A stretch of 64,000 nucleotides of DNA from an uncultured delta proteobacterium (GTDB lineage Bacteria > Desulfobacterota > Desulfuromonadia > Geobacterales > Pseudopelobacteraceae): positions 256,001 through 320,000 of the forward strand of contig CAVYYZ010000002.1 in assembly GCA_963772835.1 (NCBI GenBank). The letters run 5' to 3'. The notes beneath the pieces are model-generated. The model did no database searches and was not told the origin of the DNA. It saw nothing but the letters and a program-made list of their open reading frames with translations. Both the position numbers and the translations under genes were made by a program. Positions 21,030 through 30,705 of this stretch are shown here, in pieces (the stretch's first letter is position 1; every line of letters starts with the position of its first letter).

Positions 21030-21923
21030 TCAGTTTCTACGCTGCACAATATACCGGGCGATCCCCCGCAGTGGATCGGCCTCTGCACCGAATATTTCCA
21101 GAGCACGCAACGCCTCATCCATCATCGCTTGGGCCTCTGCCTTGGCGGCAGCCACTCCCATCACAGAAGGATAAGTTGCCTTTCCACGGGCAACATCACT
21201 GCCGGCATCCTTGCCTATTTCCTCAGTGGTACCCTCAATATCAAGAATATCGTCTGCTATCTGGAATGCCAGTCCCGCCGCTTCACCATAACGGATGATC
21301 GCTGCCAGCTGCTGTCCGGCGGAACCTCCAAGGAGCGCTCCGGCCACTACCGATGCTTTAATAAGAGCTCCCGTTTTGTGAGTATGAATGTACTGAACTG
21401 TCGCCAGATCAATATCATGCGCCCCTTCACTCTCCATATCAACAACCTGACCGCCAACCATGCCGTAGGTGCCGGCGCACGTCGCAATTTCATGAATTAC
21501 TGCAAGCAGACCGGCCGGATCACACCCCTCGGAAAAGCGGCGGTCGCTGGCGAGCTTGAAAGCCTCGGTCAGAAGAGCATCTCCCGCCAGAATAGCTATA
21601 GCCTCGCCGAAAACCTTGTGATTAGTCGGATTACCGCGGCGGAAGTCATCATCATCCATGGCCGGAAGATCGTCATGAATCAGCGAATAGGTATGAATCA
21701 TTTCCATAGCACAGGCAGCCGGGAGAGCACTCTCTTTCTCACCGCCAACAGCCTGACAGGCTGCCAGCATCAGAATCGGCCTCACCCGTTTGCCCCCGGC
21801 AAAAATTGAGTAGCGCATAGCCTTATGAACCGAATGTGGAAGTTCCGTCTCTTTCGGGAGAAAACGGTCAAGTGCCGCATCAACCCTGGCGCACTCTTCC
21901 TGCAAATATACTTTCAGATCCAT
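21030..21923 (-). CDS. ispA: Farnesyl diphosphate synthase
   Basis: GGKRVRP, HDDLPAMDDDDFRRG, KTGAL and FQIADDILD motifs. Confidence 0.95.
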   Translation of the reverse strand: MDLKVYLQEECARVDAALDRFLPKETELPHSVHKAMRYSIFAGGKRVRPILMLAACQAVGGEKESALPAACAMEMIHTYSLIHDDLPAMDDDDFRRGNPTNHKVFGEAIAILAGDALLTEAFKLASDRRFSEGCDPAGLLAVIHEIATCAGTYGMVGGQVVDMESEGAHDIDLATVQYIHTHKTGALIKASVVAGALLGGSAGQQLAAIIRYGEAAGLAFQIADDILDIEGTTEEIGKDAGSDVARGKATYPSVMGVAAAKAEAQAMMDEALRALEIFGAEADPLRGIARYIVQRRN

Positions 21924-21940
21924 CGATCTTTCCTTTCCTG

Positions 21941-22171
21941 TTAATCGTCTCCTGACTCAAAGAGTTCGCGTTTGAGCGACCCATCCTTCTGTTTCAAAAG
22001 AATTTCGACTCGCCGCTCAGCGTCGTCAAGCCTGCCGGAGCAGAAAGCAGCATGCTTTACCCCCTCTTCAAAGGCTTTCAGAGAGTCCTCCAGCGAAAGG
22101 GAACCGTTTTCCAGACGCTTTACTATTTCTTCCAGTTTTTTCAGGGAAAGTTCAAATTTGTCAGCAGCCAT
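21941..22171 (-). CDS. xseB: Exodeoxyribonuclease VII small subunit
   Basis: FE..L..LEEIV..LE.G.LSLE.SL..FEEG pattern; lies between xseA and ispA. Confidence 0.93.
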   Translation of the reverse strand: MAADKFELSLKKLEEIVKRLENGSLSLEDSLKAFEEGVKHAAFCSGRLDDAERRVEILLKQKDGSLKRELFESGDD

Positions 22172-22227
22172 AATCGGTCTCTCGCATAGATGTGATGTGT
22201 AATTGTATACAGGTATGAAGGAATGCG

Positions 22228-23577
22228 TCAAGTGTTGCCGGTTTCAAGCGATTCTACACGGCATCTGGCACTTCCCATATGGAGTTTGAGCAGCAGCTGA
22301 TCGCCGTTTGCCAACACTGCTGTGTCGGTCACCACCATTCCGGAACTGCCAAGTGTTGCAATCGCATAGCCGCGGGCAAGGGTTTTCAGAGGAGAGAGCA
22401 CTTCCAGGCGCGCGGCATTGTCGCCGAATTCCTGCCGGGATATTTCCAACCGCTGGGCCAGCGAACCTTCAGCCCTGCCTGACAGAAGAGCGATCCGGTG
22501 TCGCAGAACATTGACCCTTCCTTTCGGATCGTTATGCCGCAGTGCATCCTGGAGACGTTCAAACCGATCGCGACGACGGGATACAGCAACATCCAGACCT
22601 GTTTCGAGCCTCCCGGTCAGATCATCCATCCTCTGAGACAGATGCCCCAACATCGTACGCGGTTCGCGCAGTAACCTGCGCAGACTTTCGAGACGACCGT
22701 CGCAAACAGCGAGAAGATTCACAACCGATCTCCGTAAGCGCCCGGACAATGTGTCAATCCGGCTGCGAAGTTCGTCACTGCTCGCAATTACCAGCTCGGC
22801 AGCAGCAGACGGTGTCGGCGCTCTCAAATCAGCCACGAAGTCGCATATGGTCCAGTCAGTTTCGTGCCCCACCGCCGAGATGATAGGTATCTTTGACCGG
22901 TAGACCGCCCGGGCCACGACCTCTTCGTTAAAAGCCCACAGGTCTTCGAGCGATCCCCCGCCGCGCCCGACGATAAGCACATCGGCCTCTGCCAACTGAT
23001 TCATCTCGTCAATGGCCCTGGCGATTTCCAGCGCAGAGCCCTCACCCTGTACGCGTACCGGATAAAGTGAAACCTTCAGAGAGGCAAAACGGCGCTTCAA
23101 GACATTAAGAATATCGTGGATGGCTGCTCCGGTTGGCGAGGTAATCACACCGATATTGCGCGGATAGGTCGGCAGGCTGATTTTGTGCGTTTCGGCAAAC
23201 AAACCTTCGCCTGATAGCTTTTCCTTCAACTGTACAAAGGCGGTCTGCAGGGCGCCTACTCCTGACGGTTCAACGTATTCACAGACCAGTTGATAGTCTC
23301 CGCGCTGATCATACACAGATATGCGACCACGCACGATGAGAGCCATACCGTCAGTCAGCCGGAATGTATGATTTTTTACCGCCCCCCTGAACATCACACA
23401 GCGTAATTGCGCTCCGGAATCTTTGAGGGTGAAATAACAATGCCCGGAAGAGGGGTAGGATACATTGGATACCTCCCCCTGCACCCAGAGATGTTCGAAA
23501 TTTTCCTCAAGCACGCCACGCAGCAGTGCGGTCAACCGGCTGACTGTGAGAATTGTTTTTTCAGAAAAAATATTCAA
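22228..23577 (-). CDS. xseA: Exodeoxyribonuclease VII large subunit
   Basis: GEVSN, SGHCYFTLKD, RGGGSLEDLWAFN, AVGHETD and RAPTPSAAA motifs. Confidence 0.96.
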   Translation of the reverse strand: MNIFSEKTILTVSRLTALLRGVLEENFEHLWVQGEVSNVSYPSSGHCYFTLKDSGAQLRCVMFRGAVKNHTFRLTDGMALIVRGRISVYDQRGDYQLVCEYVEPSGVGALQTAFVQLKEKLSGEGLFAETHKISLPTYPRNIGVITSPTGAAIHDILNVLKRRFASLKVSLYPVRVQGEGSALEIARAIDEMNQLAEADVLIVGRGGGSLEDLWAFNEEVVARAVYRSKIPIISAVGHETDWTICDFVADLRAPTPSAAAELVIASSDELRSRIDTLSGRLRRSVVNLLAVCDGRLESLRRLLREPRTMLGHLSQRMDDLTGRLETGLDVAVSRRRDRFERLQDALRHNDPKGRVNVLRHRIALLSGRAEGSLAQRLEISRQEFGDNAARLEVLSPLKTLARGYAIATLGSSGMVVTDTAVLANGDQLLLKLHMGSARCRVESLETGNT

Positions 23578-23868
23578 TTGGGGTACTCAGCAGTGTGGTG
23601 TCTATTTTTTCCCGCCCGGAGAGGAGGGTTAAATGAATACATATCAAAAATATCCGGAGAGACGGCACGGTTAAGCGGCTACCTGGCGGTGTTTCTCACA
23701 CTCTAAAGTGGCCATGTCGCTTATGTGATTCAGGCAACAGCATACGACAAGGATCGTTCGCTCGTCCCGTCAAACGGTGAAATTCCAGACCTTGGCCTGA
23801 AACGGTCGGAGCACCGAGAACAAATATGGTGAACGTAATTCATGGTCATTACATAATAAACGATGCGA

Positions 23869-24453
23869 TCAGAATTTGACTTTGGGTGCCACCTTGGCCC
23901 CCTCTTCAGCCTTGAACGCCTCTTTGCGCTGCAGGTGCAGCATCACTGAATTAGTCAGAGAGTTAGGAAAGGTACGGATACTGGTGTTGAACACCTGAAC
24001 AGATGCGTTGTAACGTTCACGGGCGACATTGATGCGGTTTTCAGTCCCTTCCAGCTGTTTCTGCAGATCCAGGAAGTTTTGATTGGCTTTCAGGTCAGGA
24101 TATTTTTCGACGACAACCATCAGCCGTGACAGCGCGCCGGAAAGCTCCCCCTGTGCCTGTTGAAATTTGTTCAGAGTGGCAGGGTTATTGAGAACATCCT
24201 TTGACACCTGCATGGAACCGACCTTGGCGCGCGCCTCCGTGACCGCTTTGAGGGTGTCAGCCTCGTGAGCTGCATACCCTTTTACTACTTCAACAAGATT
24301 GGGTATCAGATCGGACCGGCGCTGATAGGATGATTCGACGTTGCCCCAAGCGGCAATAACAGCCTCTTCGTTGGCTTGCATGGTATTATAGCCGCATCCG
24401 GACAGCAGTGCGATAACTGCACCTAACGAAAGGTATGCAACAAGCTTTTTCAT
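23869..24453 (-). CDS. lemA: LemA family protein (lipoprotein type)
   Basis: LSGC lipobox, YQRRSDLIPNLV, EKYPDLKAN and GTENRINVAR motifs; GGAGG SD. Confidence 0.92.
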   Translation of the reverse strand: MKKLVAYLSLGAVIALLSGCGYNTMQANEEAVIAAWGNVESSYQRRSDLIPNLVEVVKGYAAHEADTLKAVTEARAKVGSMQVSKDVLNNPATLNKFQQAQGELSGALSRLMVVVEKYPDLKANQNFLDLQKQLEGTENRINVARERYNASVQVFNTSIRTFPNSLTNSVMLHLQRKEAFKAEEGAKVAPKVKF

Positions 24454-24493
24454 GATATTTCCTCCGTGGAATGTGTATGCTGCATTATATATG

Positions 24494-24754
24494 TCAATCT
24501 TCCGGACCATAAAAAATTTTCATTCCGGTCAGAACCACATTGCAAATAAGTGGCGTAATGTTGGCCAGAATCAACGGTAAATCACTAATAAGTATACCGT
24601 AAAACATCCATAGTGCAACTCCGAACGCCAGAAGGAGCGGCTGCCAGATGGAAATATCACGAACATGGCGGGTTTTCAGCGTTTTAATCACCTGCGGGAT
24701 GGAGGCGATACTAGTGAGTGTGCCGGCGATAAGGCCGATTGTCGTCGGAGTCAC
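24494..24754 (-). CDS. SemiSWEET/PQ-loop family transporter
   Basis: 86 aa, three TM segments, IPQ..K...T...RDIS, LW..YG and P.ILAN. Confidence 0.85.
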   Translation of the reverse strand: MTPTTIGLIAGTLTSIASIPQVIKTLKTRHVRDISIWQPLLLAFGVALWMFYGILISDLPLILANITPLICNVVLTGMKIFYGPED

Positions 24755-25485
24755 GAGCGTTTCCTCCCGTCAAACGCTGAACTGGCCCAGTCAATCTGTG
24801 TCAGCATACCGCGCAGCACGGTGACTTCACGACTGTCAAGATTCGCACGAAAGAAGATGCGCCGGAGCGAACGCATCATATGCGCCGGATTTTGCTCGTT
24901 CAGAAAACCTACCTTGTCCAGAGTGGCATTAAAGTGCGCAAAAAGCGTTTCCATCTCTTCGGATTTCGCCAGTTCAAGCTGCCGCCCTCCCCCTGCTGAC
25001 TCAGAGGCCTTGCCAAGTTCATAACAAATTAGCAGTACCGATTGGGATAAATTGAGCGAACCATACTCATTGGAAGTAGGAATAGTGGCATGCCAGCGGC
25101 AGAGGGACAGCTCTTCTGTCGTCAGTCCGTTGTCTTCACGCCCGAAAACGATTGCCGCCCGGCATGCGGGAGAGACCTGATCCCTGAGGCAGGAGGCCAC
25201 CTCAGCGGGAGAAAGGATTTCCTGACGGTATTTACCATGACGTCGGGTTGTACCGACAGTCAGAGTACAATCTGCCATGGCTGAAGCCAGGTCGGGGAAT
25301 ACCCGGGCGGATTCGAGCACATCCCGGGCTGCAACGGCGAATTTGAGCGCTTCCGCATCAAAACGATCACACCCTTTTACGATTCTCAACTGGTGAAAAC
25401 CCATATTTTTCATAGCCCGACAGGTCATACCTATATTACCGGGAGACTGAGGTTCAACCAGAATAATGACAATGTCTTTGTTCAA
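24751..25485 (-). CDS. trmJ: SPOUT RNA methyltransferase, TrmJ/LasT family
   Basis: LVEPQSPGNIG..CRAMKNMG, FGREDNGL and IPT...YGSLNL motifs. Confidence 0.85.
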   Translation of the reverse strand: MNKDIVIILVEPQSPGNIGMTCRAMKNMGFHQLRIVKGCDRFDAEALKFAVAARDVLESARVFPDLASAMADCTLTVGTTRRHGKYRQEILSPAEVASCLRDQVSPACRAAIVFGREDNGLTTEELSLCRWHATIPTSNEYGSLNLSQSVLLICYELGKASESAGGGRQLELAKSEEMETLFAHFNATLDKVGFLNEQNPAHMMRSLRRIFFRANLDSREVTVLRGMLTQIDWASSAFDGRKRS

Positions 25486-26117
25486 GAGGATATCCTTTGC
25501 GAATCATGTACAGCCCGTATCCGTGCCAGTCGCTCTCTTGCAGGTTTTTTGAGTTTCCAGACATGATAGGCATGAATGCACCACGCAATGAAGATGAATC
25601 CAAACAGGGCCAGTACAAGGTACTGCTCATAGTTGCTGACGTTGTCCAGCACGAGCGAAGCGCTTTTGCCGAACAGATAGCCTCCCAGAGAAAAAACGAC
25701 TGCCCAGGCGAAGGCACTGAGTAGATTAATCCAGAGGAATGTGCGGGGGGCAAGATTGGTTATGCCGAGAATAATAGGCAGAACGATTCTGAATCCATAA
25801 GTGAATCGTGAGATAAATGCGACAAAGTTGCCGTATTTTTCAATCAGCTTAAGAGCTTCACGGAATTTTCGGGCGATGGAATGGAAACGTTTGAGCAACC
25901 CCCTCCCTTTAGAGCGACCAATGTAAAAATAGAATTGGTCTCCAAAGAACGATCCGGCCCAGGAGGTACAAACAACTCCGAAAATATCCAGATACCCCTG
26001 AAAGGCGAGAAAACCGGCCAGGAGCAGTATTGCCTCACCTTCCAGAAATGTCCCGACGAAAAGCACCCAGTATCCGTGAAGTTCCAGATACTCTTTAAGT
26101 ATTTGCTGAATATACAC
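25482..26117 (-). CDS. DedA family membrane protein
   Basis: FLEGE, GSFFGDQ.YF.IGR and FISRF.YG.R motifs. Confidence 0.9.
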   Translation of the reverse strand: MYIQQILKEYLELHGYWVLFVGTFLEGEAILLLAGFLAFQGYLDIFGVVCTSWAGSFFGDQFYFYIGRSKGRGLLKRFHSIARKFREALKLIEKYGNFVAFISRFTYGFRIVLPIILGITNLAPRTFLWINLLSAFAWAVVFSLGGYLFGKSASLVLDNVSNYEQYLVLALFGFIFIAWCIHAYHVWKLKKPARERLARIRAVHDSQRISS

Positions 26118-26141
26118 AATCAGCCTCTGGTGTGGAACTTA

Positions 26142-27098
26142 CTAAACCGCAAGGCGAGCTGCTATTTCAGATTTCATCAGATCAATCATTTCGTCAATAC
26201 GGGCATGGGAATCATTCGCCATGGCATCGGTTTCCACCAAAGAGAGAAAGAGTGAGCGTGCGTTGTCATCAAGCAGTTGCGAGGGACCGCCATGCTCTTT
26301 GATTCTCTTTTCTACAATAGTACGGCCCGCTCTAGACAAATATGCTGCTGCCACTTCTGAAATGTCATCAACAAGTTCGAGCAGCTTCTTGTCACTGAAT
26401 GTTGAAAGAGAAGGGGCAGCCACAGGAAATTCTTTTGGGAGTGCCACAGCATTCCGCGTTCTGGCAGATTCCCATAGTTTCTGGAGGTTGACCATTTGCA
26501 GCAAATCATACTGCATGAGCTCTTCAAGCGGTTTGGTTGAACATATTTCAATACGCGCACCGGACAGAGCTGCAATTTTCCGGGCCTCGTCAGGAGAGGT
26601 ATCAATCGAGCTGGCACCATCGTGATAAAAGCCAATCGGCAAGCCGTCCTTATAAAACATCATGGCAGAACGTTCAGATGTATAAAACCTCACGACACCG
26701 TTGGTACCCAACCCTTTCACCCGTGACAGCACCCCCTTGACATCAACCTGCCGAACCTCTTCACCGTTAAAAAGACGCGGCCCTATCGTGAGAGCATGGG
26801 CACACACCGCAAGATCAACCGTCATACGATATACATCTATGTGACCATCTGCCAGCATCACCTGGTCAAACATGAGATTAATTGCCTCAAAGCCGGTTTT
26901 GTCGCGTCCGTTCGTGCAACTGAGGGCGCACAGGAGCTTTCCTTTGGCAAAAACACCATAGAAGTCAAAGTTTAAAACCGAATAGTGGAAATACCCGGTA
27001 AAACCACCATTGCCGAGTTTTCCAAGAACATCAGGAATAACAATATTCTTGGCCGGCATTTTTTCGTATAGCGGATTTGCTCTCGGCAGGAAACGCAT
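26142..27098 (-). CDS. Conserved hypothetical protein with tandem DUF4388/DUF2226-like repeats; paralog of 509..1474
   Basis: LPRANPLYE..PDVLGKL.NGGFTGY and SAMMFYKDG.P.GFYHDGAS.I.TS..E..KIA shared with the paralog; GGAGGA SD. Confidence 0.75.
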   Translation of the reverse strand: MRFLPRANPLYEKMPAKNIVIPDVLGKLGNGGFTGYFHYSVLNFDFYGVFAKGKLLCALSCTNGRDKTGFEAINLMFDQVMLADGHIDVYRMTVDLAVCAHALTIGPRLFNGEEVRQVDVKGVLSRVKGLGTNGVVRFYTSERSAMMFYKDGLPIGFYHDGASSIDTSPDEARKIAALSGARIEICSTKPLEELMQYDLLQMVNLQKLWESARTRNAVALPKEFPVAAPSLSTFSDKKLLELVDDISEVAAAYLSRAGRTIVEKRIKEHGGPSQLLDDNARSLFLSLVETDAMANDSHARIDEMIDLMKSEIAARLAV

Positions 27099-27331
27099 CC
27101 CACATCCTCCCTATTGTACGTACATGTATCTGCTTTGATTCAGTTATTCAGCCGTAATATCAATACAACTCATTTACACAGCGGCAGCATGACAAGTGCG
27201 AAATTTTCTACCAGAAACGAACAAATATCAACATCTGGTTTCAAGCAACGTAAAGGATTTTAGAGATCATGTCAAAGCAAAATGAAACCGCATAAAATGC
27301 TGAATACCCTAATATAACCAAGATATTAAGC

Positions 27332-27360
27332 TTGACAAACCGACCCTGTTACAGTAGCTT
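27332..27360 (+). promoter_or_regulatory. sigma70-type promoter upstream of the TPR gene
   Basis: TTGACA-17-TAGCTT. Confidence 0.5.
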
Positions 27361-27564
27361 TTACTCCTTTTAGAGTTGATTGTACTCAGGTATTTATTTC
27401 GTGGACGTGTTTTTTTCGCTTGTAGTTTTACAAAAATGATTTCTGAGGTTTTTCGTAAATGGTTCGCGGGCAAATATATTTCACGGACCAGATCGGCAGA
27501 ACAAGCTTCGTTAACTCGCGCTTCCATGTTTACCAGGTTCAGGTAACACCTCTCGAGGATATTG

Positions 27565-29439
27565 ATGTCCGTCCGTTCAAAAAAAGATAAACTGATCGAA
27601 GACGCTCAAAAGCTTACTTTGCGCTGTCAGTTTGATAAAGCCGCAAAAATCTACGAGCAGCTTCTCGCTTCAGAACCTGCTGCTGTTAACCTGCGTCAGA
27701 AACTGGCAGAACTGTTAATTAAATGCGAACGGAGTGATGATGCTCGCAAAGAGCTTGAGACCATCGGCAAGCATTTTTCAAAGAACGGATTTTATCTTAA
27801 GGCAATAGCGGTTTACAAACAGCTTCAAAAACTTTTTCCGGCAGACATTTCAATCTCCCTGATACTTGCTGAACTTAACGAGAAACATGGCCTCATCGCA
27901 AACTCCCTTTCCGAATACAAACTCGTATACGAATTTCATGAAAAAGCTGGTAATATTCCTGAGGCGCTCAACATTCTCGACAGAATGCAAAATGTTGATC
28001 CCCATAGTATTCCGATAAAAATAAAACTTGCTGAAGCCTACATTCAAAAGGGTAAAAAGAATGAGGCATACGAAGTATTCACAAAAACAGCATCATTATT
28101 GATGGAACGTGGTGACAACGCTACTCTTACCAAAGTCTGTGCTCGAATTCAGCAGTTTTTTCCCGACAAGCCGGACTTCATGCGTGAAATACTTACAGAG
28201 CAACTCCGTCTGGGCAATGCCGCATCTGCTATTGAAGGCATCCAGAATCTTCTTCGCAGCAACCCTAACGACAAAAGTGCATGGGATCTTGTTGTGCAGG
28301 CGTATCAACTGCTCAAACAACCTCAGAAAGTCAAGGTTGCCTACCAGCATTATCTGAAATTTTTCCCCTCTGAACCAGAGGCGATGCTTGGCCTTATCTT
28401 GTCTGTCGTAGCCGAGCAGAACATTTCCGAGGCACTTGAGCTACTTGACAAACATGAAGCCGCCCTTATTTCAGCAGGATTTCTTCAGCAATTGGAACAG
28501 GTATACCGTTCTCTTGACAAGCTGGACCCCATCAATATCAGAATCATGGAAGGCCTTATCAGGGTTGTCACCGCTGGGGGCAATGAGGCTGAGATTCAAG
28601 CGCTCACTTCAAAACTGAAGTCACTCCGTTCTGTCACCGGCGTTTTACAGAGCGATATCCCCGCGCCGGAATCAGCGGCCGTTTTTGTTGATGAACAACC
28701 CAAGGGCGGCCCGGTGCCCTCAGCTGAATCTTTCTTCGGCGAGAAACCCTTGAAAAAACCAACTCCGACCGATTTAAGCGGATCGAAGGTTGAAATATCC
28801 GCCGCGCCAAAGCCAGAAACAGAACCAACTGATACAGCAACTGCAGATAAGGTTCCGCCATCTGAAGAGGAGATTGAAATCGATATTGAAATCGATATTG
28901 ATTCCCCTTTCGGTTCTCTGGATCAACTAACTGATGCTGCATCAACCCATGACAACTGGCTTGAATCTGTTGGTGACCTGTTTGACTCCATTAACACCGC
29001 TCCGCGCGGGGTGAAGTTCGGCAACGAGATGGAAAGTTCCGATGCTCAGTCACATTTCGATCTGGGTCAGGCATTCAAGGAAATGGGATTATTTGATGAA
29101 GCTATTAACGAGTTCCGGCAGGCTTCGCTGGATCCGTCACGTCTGGTGGAATGCCTGATAATGCAATGCGTGTGTCTGAGGGAACGCGGTGAACTCGAAA
29201 AAGCAATAACTATGCTGCAGGCGCTATTAAAGCCGGGGCTAAACGAAGAAGAATACTGTGTCATAATGTACGAATTGGCATTATCATACGAAGCTGCAGG
29301 CAACAAAGAAGAGGCTAACATTCTTCTCAACGAAATAAGTGCAACAAATCCGGATTTTAGAGATATCAGCTCGCGCATTAACGCGGCAAATCTGTCGGAG
29401 TCGCTTGTTTTTTCTGATGATGAACTAAAGAATTTTTGA
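27565..29439 (+). CDS. Cytoplasmic TPR-repeat protein, SgmX-like architecture
   Basis: N-terminal TPR array (GFYLKAIAVYKQ..KIKLAE), acidic/Pro linker, C-terminal TPR block (DAQSHFDLGQAFKEMGLFDEAINEF). Confidence 0.8.
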   Translation: MSVRSKKDKLIEDAQKLTLRCQFDKAAKIYEQLLASEPAAVNLRQKLAELLIKCERSDDARKELETIGKHFSKNGFYLKAIAVYKQLQKLFPADISISLILAELNEKHGLIANSLSEYKLVYEFHEKAGNIPEALNILDRMQNVDPHSIPIKIKLAEAYIQKGKKNEAYEVFTKTASLLMERGDNATLTKVCARIQQFFPDKPDFMREILTEQLRLGNAASAIEGIQNLLRSNPNDKSAWDLVVQAYQLLKQPQKVKVAYQHYLKFFPSEPEAMLGLILSVVAEQNISEALELLDKHEAALISAGFLQQLEQVYRSLDKLDPINIRIMEGLIRVVTAGGNEAEIQALTSKLKSLRSVTGVLQSDIPAPESAAVFVDEQPKGGPVPSAESFFGEKPLKKPTPTDLSGSKVEISAAPKPETEPTDTATADKVPPSEEEIEIDIEIDIDSPFGSLDQLTDAASTHDNWLESVGDLFDSINTAPRGVKFGNEMESSDAQSHFDLGQAFKEMGLFDEAINEFRQASLDPSRLVECLIMQCVCLRERGELEKAITMLQALLKPGLNEEEYCVIMYELALSYEAAGNKEEANILLNEISATNPDFRDISSRINAANLSESLVFSDDELKNF

Positions 29440-29593
29440 CGTACCGGCTCTGAAAAATCATACTACGCGCGTTAGCGAGACTATTCTCCGCCGATGAGCG
29501 CAAAAATATCTTTTCCCGCCATACAAGCATATGACAAAACGAAAAACAGGCACCAGTTACAATTTCAGACCAGACCCCAAGGAGGTTGACTAC

Positions 29594-30562
29594 ATGAACA
29601 AGACTTTCGCTGCCATTATGCTTTTCGTGGTGATGGGTTGTATGAATTCTGTTGCACTTGCAGCAGAACTGCTTGACGTCAAACCGATTGTCACCGGAAA
29701 TGCCGTATCAATCGAAATTTCGGCTGACGTTGCAATGACGTATACCTTTTACAAAGTTCCAGGTCAGGCGAGGGCAGTCGTAGATATCGCCGAAGCTGAC
29801 CCGGAAAAGGTCGAGCCCTTAATAGTCGTCAATAAAGGTGCAGTATCCAGTATCAGTGTAGATAAAGCCTTAATATCGGGCATTGTTGTCAGCAGAATTA
29901 TTTTTAATCTCGTTTCCGAATCCGACATTTCTGTGAGCGCCGCCCCTGATCGAAAACTACTGACGGTAACATTCAACAGTTCATCTGCTGCAGCGGGCAA
30001 GCCTGAACCGAAGCCGGTGCCGGCATCCGAGCCTGTTGCCAAAGTTGAACCTCCCGCTTCTCCTGCCGCTCTAAATCCTGCTCCTGATCCTGCTCTCGAA
30101 GATGATCCGCTCGGACTCGATGAGCCTGTTGCTAAGTCTGCGGCCCCATTGGCTAAGATGGCGGTGGCAAGCGAATCCGCTATCGCGGCAACACCAACTG
30201 TAATGCGGATACCGAAACTTGAACCGGTCGTCCCAATCTCTGTTGCGTCAGCATCCGCCACATCGCTGACTATAAAAGAAATTACAGCTGGTGCATCGTA
30301 CATTGAAATACACGCCAACCAGCCAGTTTTGCATTACAAAACCATGAAATTATCCGGTCCGTCCCGACTCGTAATTGACATCGCCTGCGAAAAGACAGAC
30401 CAGAAAGCTAAATCCATTTCAATCAACAAGTTCGGAATTTCAAAGGCTCGAATCGGTGTATCGCCAAAAAATATTCGCATCGTTATTGATTCCGCGAAAA
30501 CCGGATTTCCCGCATATACAATTTCCAACACAGAACATGGGTTGCACATTAACTTCAAGTAG
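29594..30562 (+). CDS. Periplasmic protein with two AMIN domains
   Basis: GGAGG SD, signal peptide ..VALA, AMIN motifs RAVVDI and PSRLVIDI..RIVID separated by a Pro/Ala linker. Confidence 0.8.
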   Translation: MNKTFAAIMLFVVMGCMNSVALAAELLDVKPIVTGNAVSIEISADVAMTYTFYKVPGQARAVVDIAEADPEKVEPLIVVNKGAVSSISVDKALISGIVVSRIIFNLVSESDISVSAAPDRKLLTVTFNSSSAAAGKPEPKPVPASEPVAKVEPPASPAALNPAPDPALEDDPLGLDEPVAKSAAPLAKMAVASESAIAATPTVMRIPKLEPVVPISVASASATSLTIKEITAGASYIEIHANQPVLHYKTMKLSGPSRLVIDIACEKTDQKAKSISINKFGISKARIGVSPKNIRIVIDSAKTGFPAYTISNTEHGLHINFK

Positions 30563-30582
30563 GCTCATCACTGCTTTGATAC

Positions 30583-30621
30583 AAAAAAAGGACTTAGCTG
30601 CAATCGGCTAAGTCCTTTTTT
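30583..30621. terminator. Bidirectional intrinsic terminator
   Basis: A7-GGACTTAGC-N8-GCTAAGTCC-T6 between the convergent AMIN gene and tRNA-Val. Confidence 0.85.
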
Positions 30622-30623
30622 AA

Positions 30624-30698
30624 TGGTGGGCGCTGCGGGTTTCGAACCTGCGACCCCTGCCGTGTGAAGGCAGTGCTCTCCCGCTGAGCTAAGCGCCC
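30624..30698 (-). tRNA. tRNA-Val(CAC)
   Basis: GGGCGCTTAGCTCAGCGGGAGAGCACTGCCTTCACACGGCAGGGGTCGCAGGTTCGAAACCCGCAGCGCCCACCA. Confidence 0.96.
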
Positions 30699-30705
30699 GA
30701 AACAA

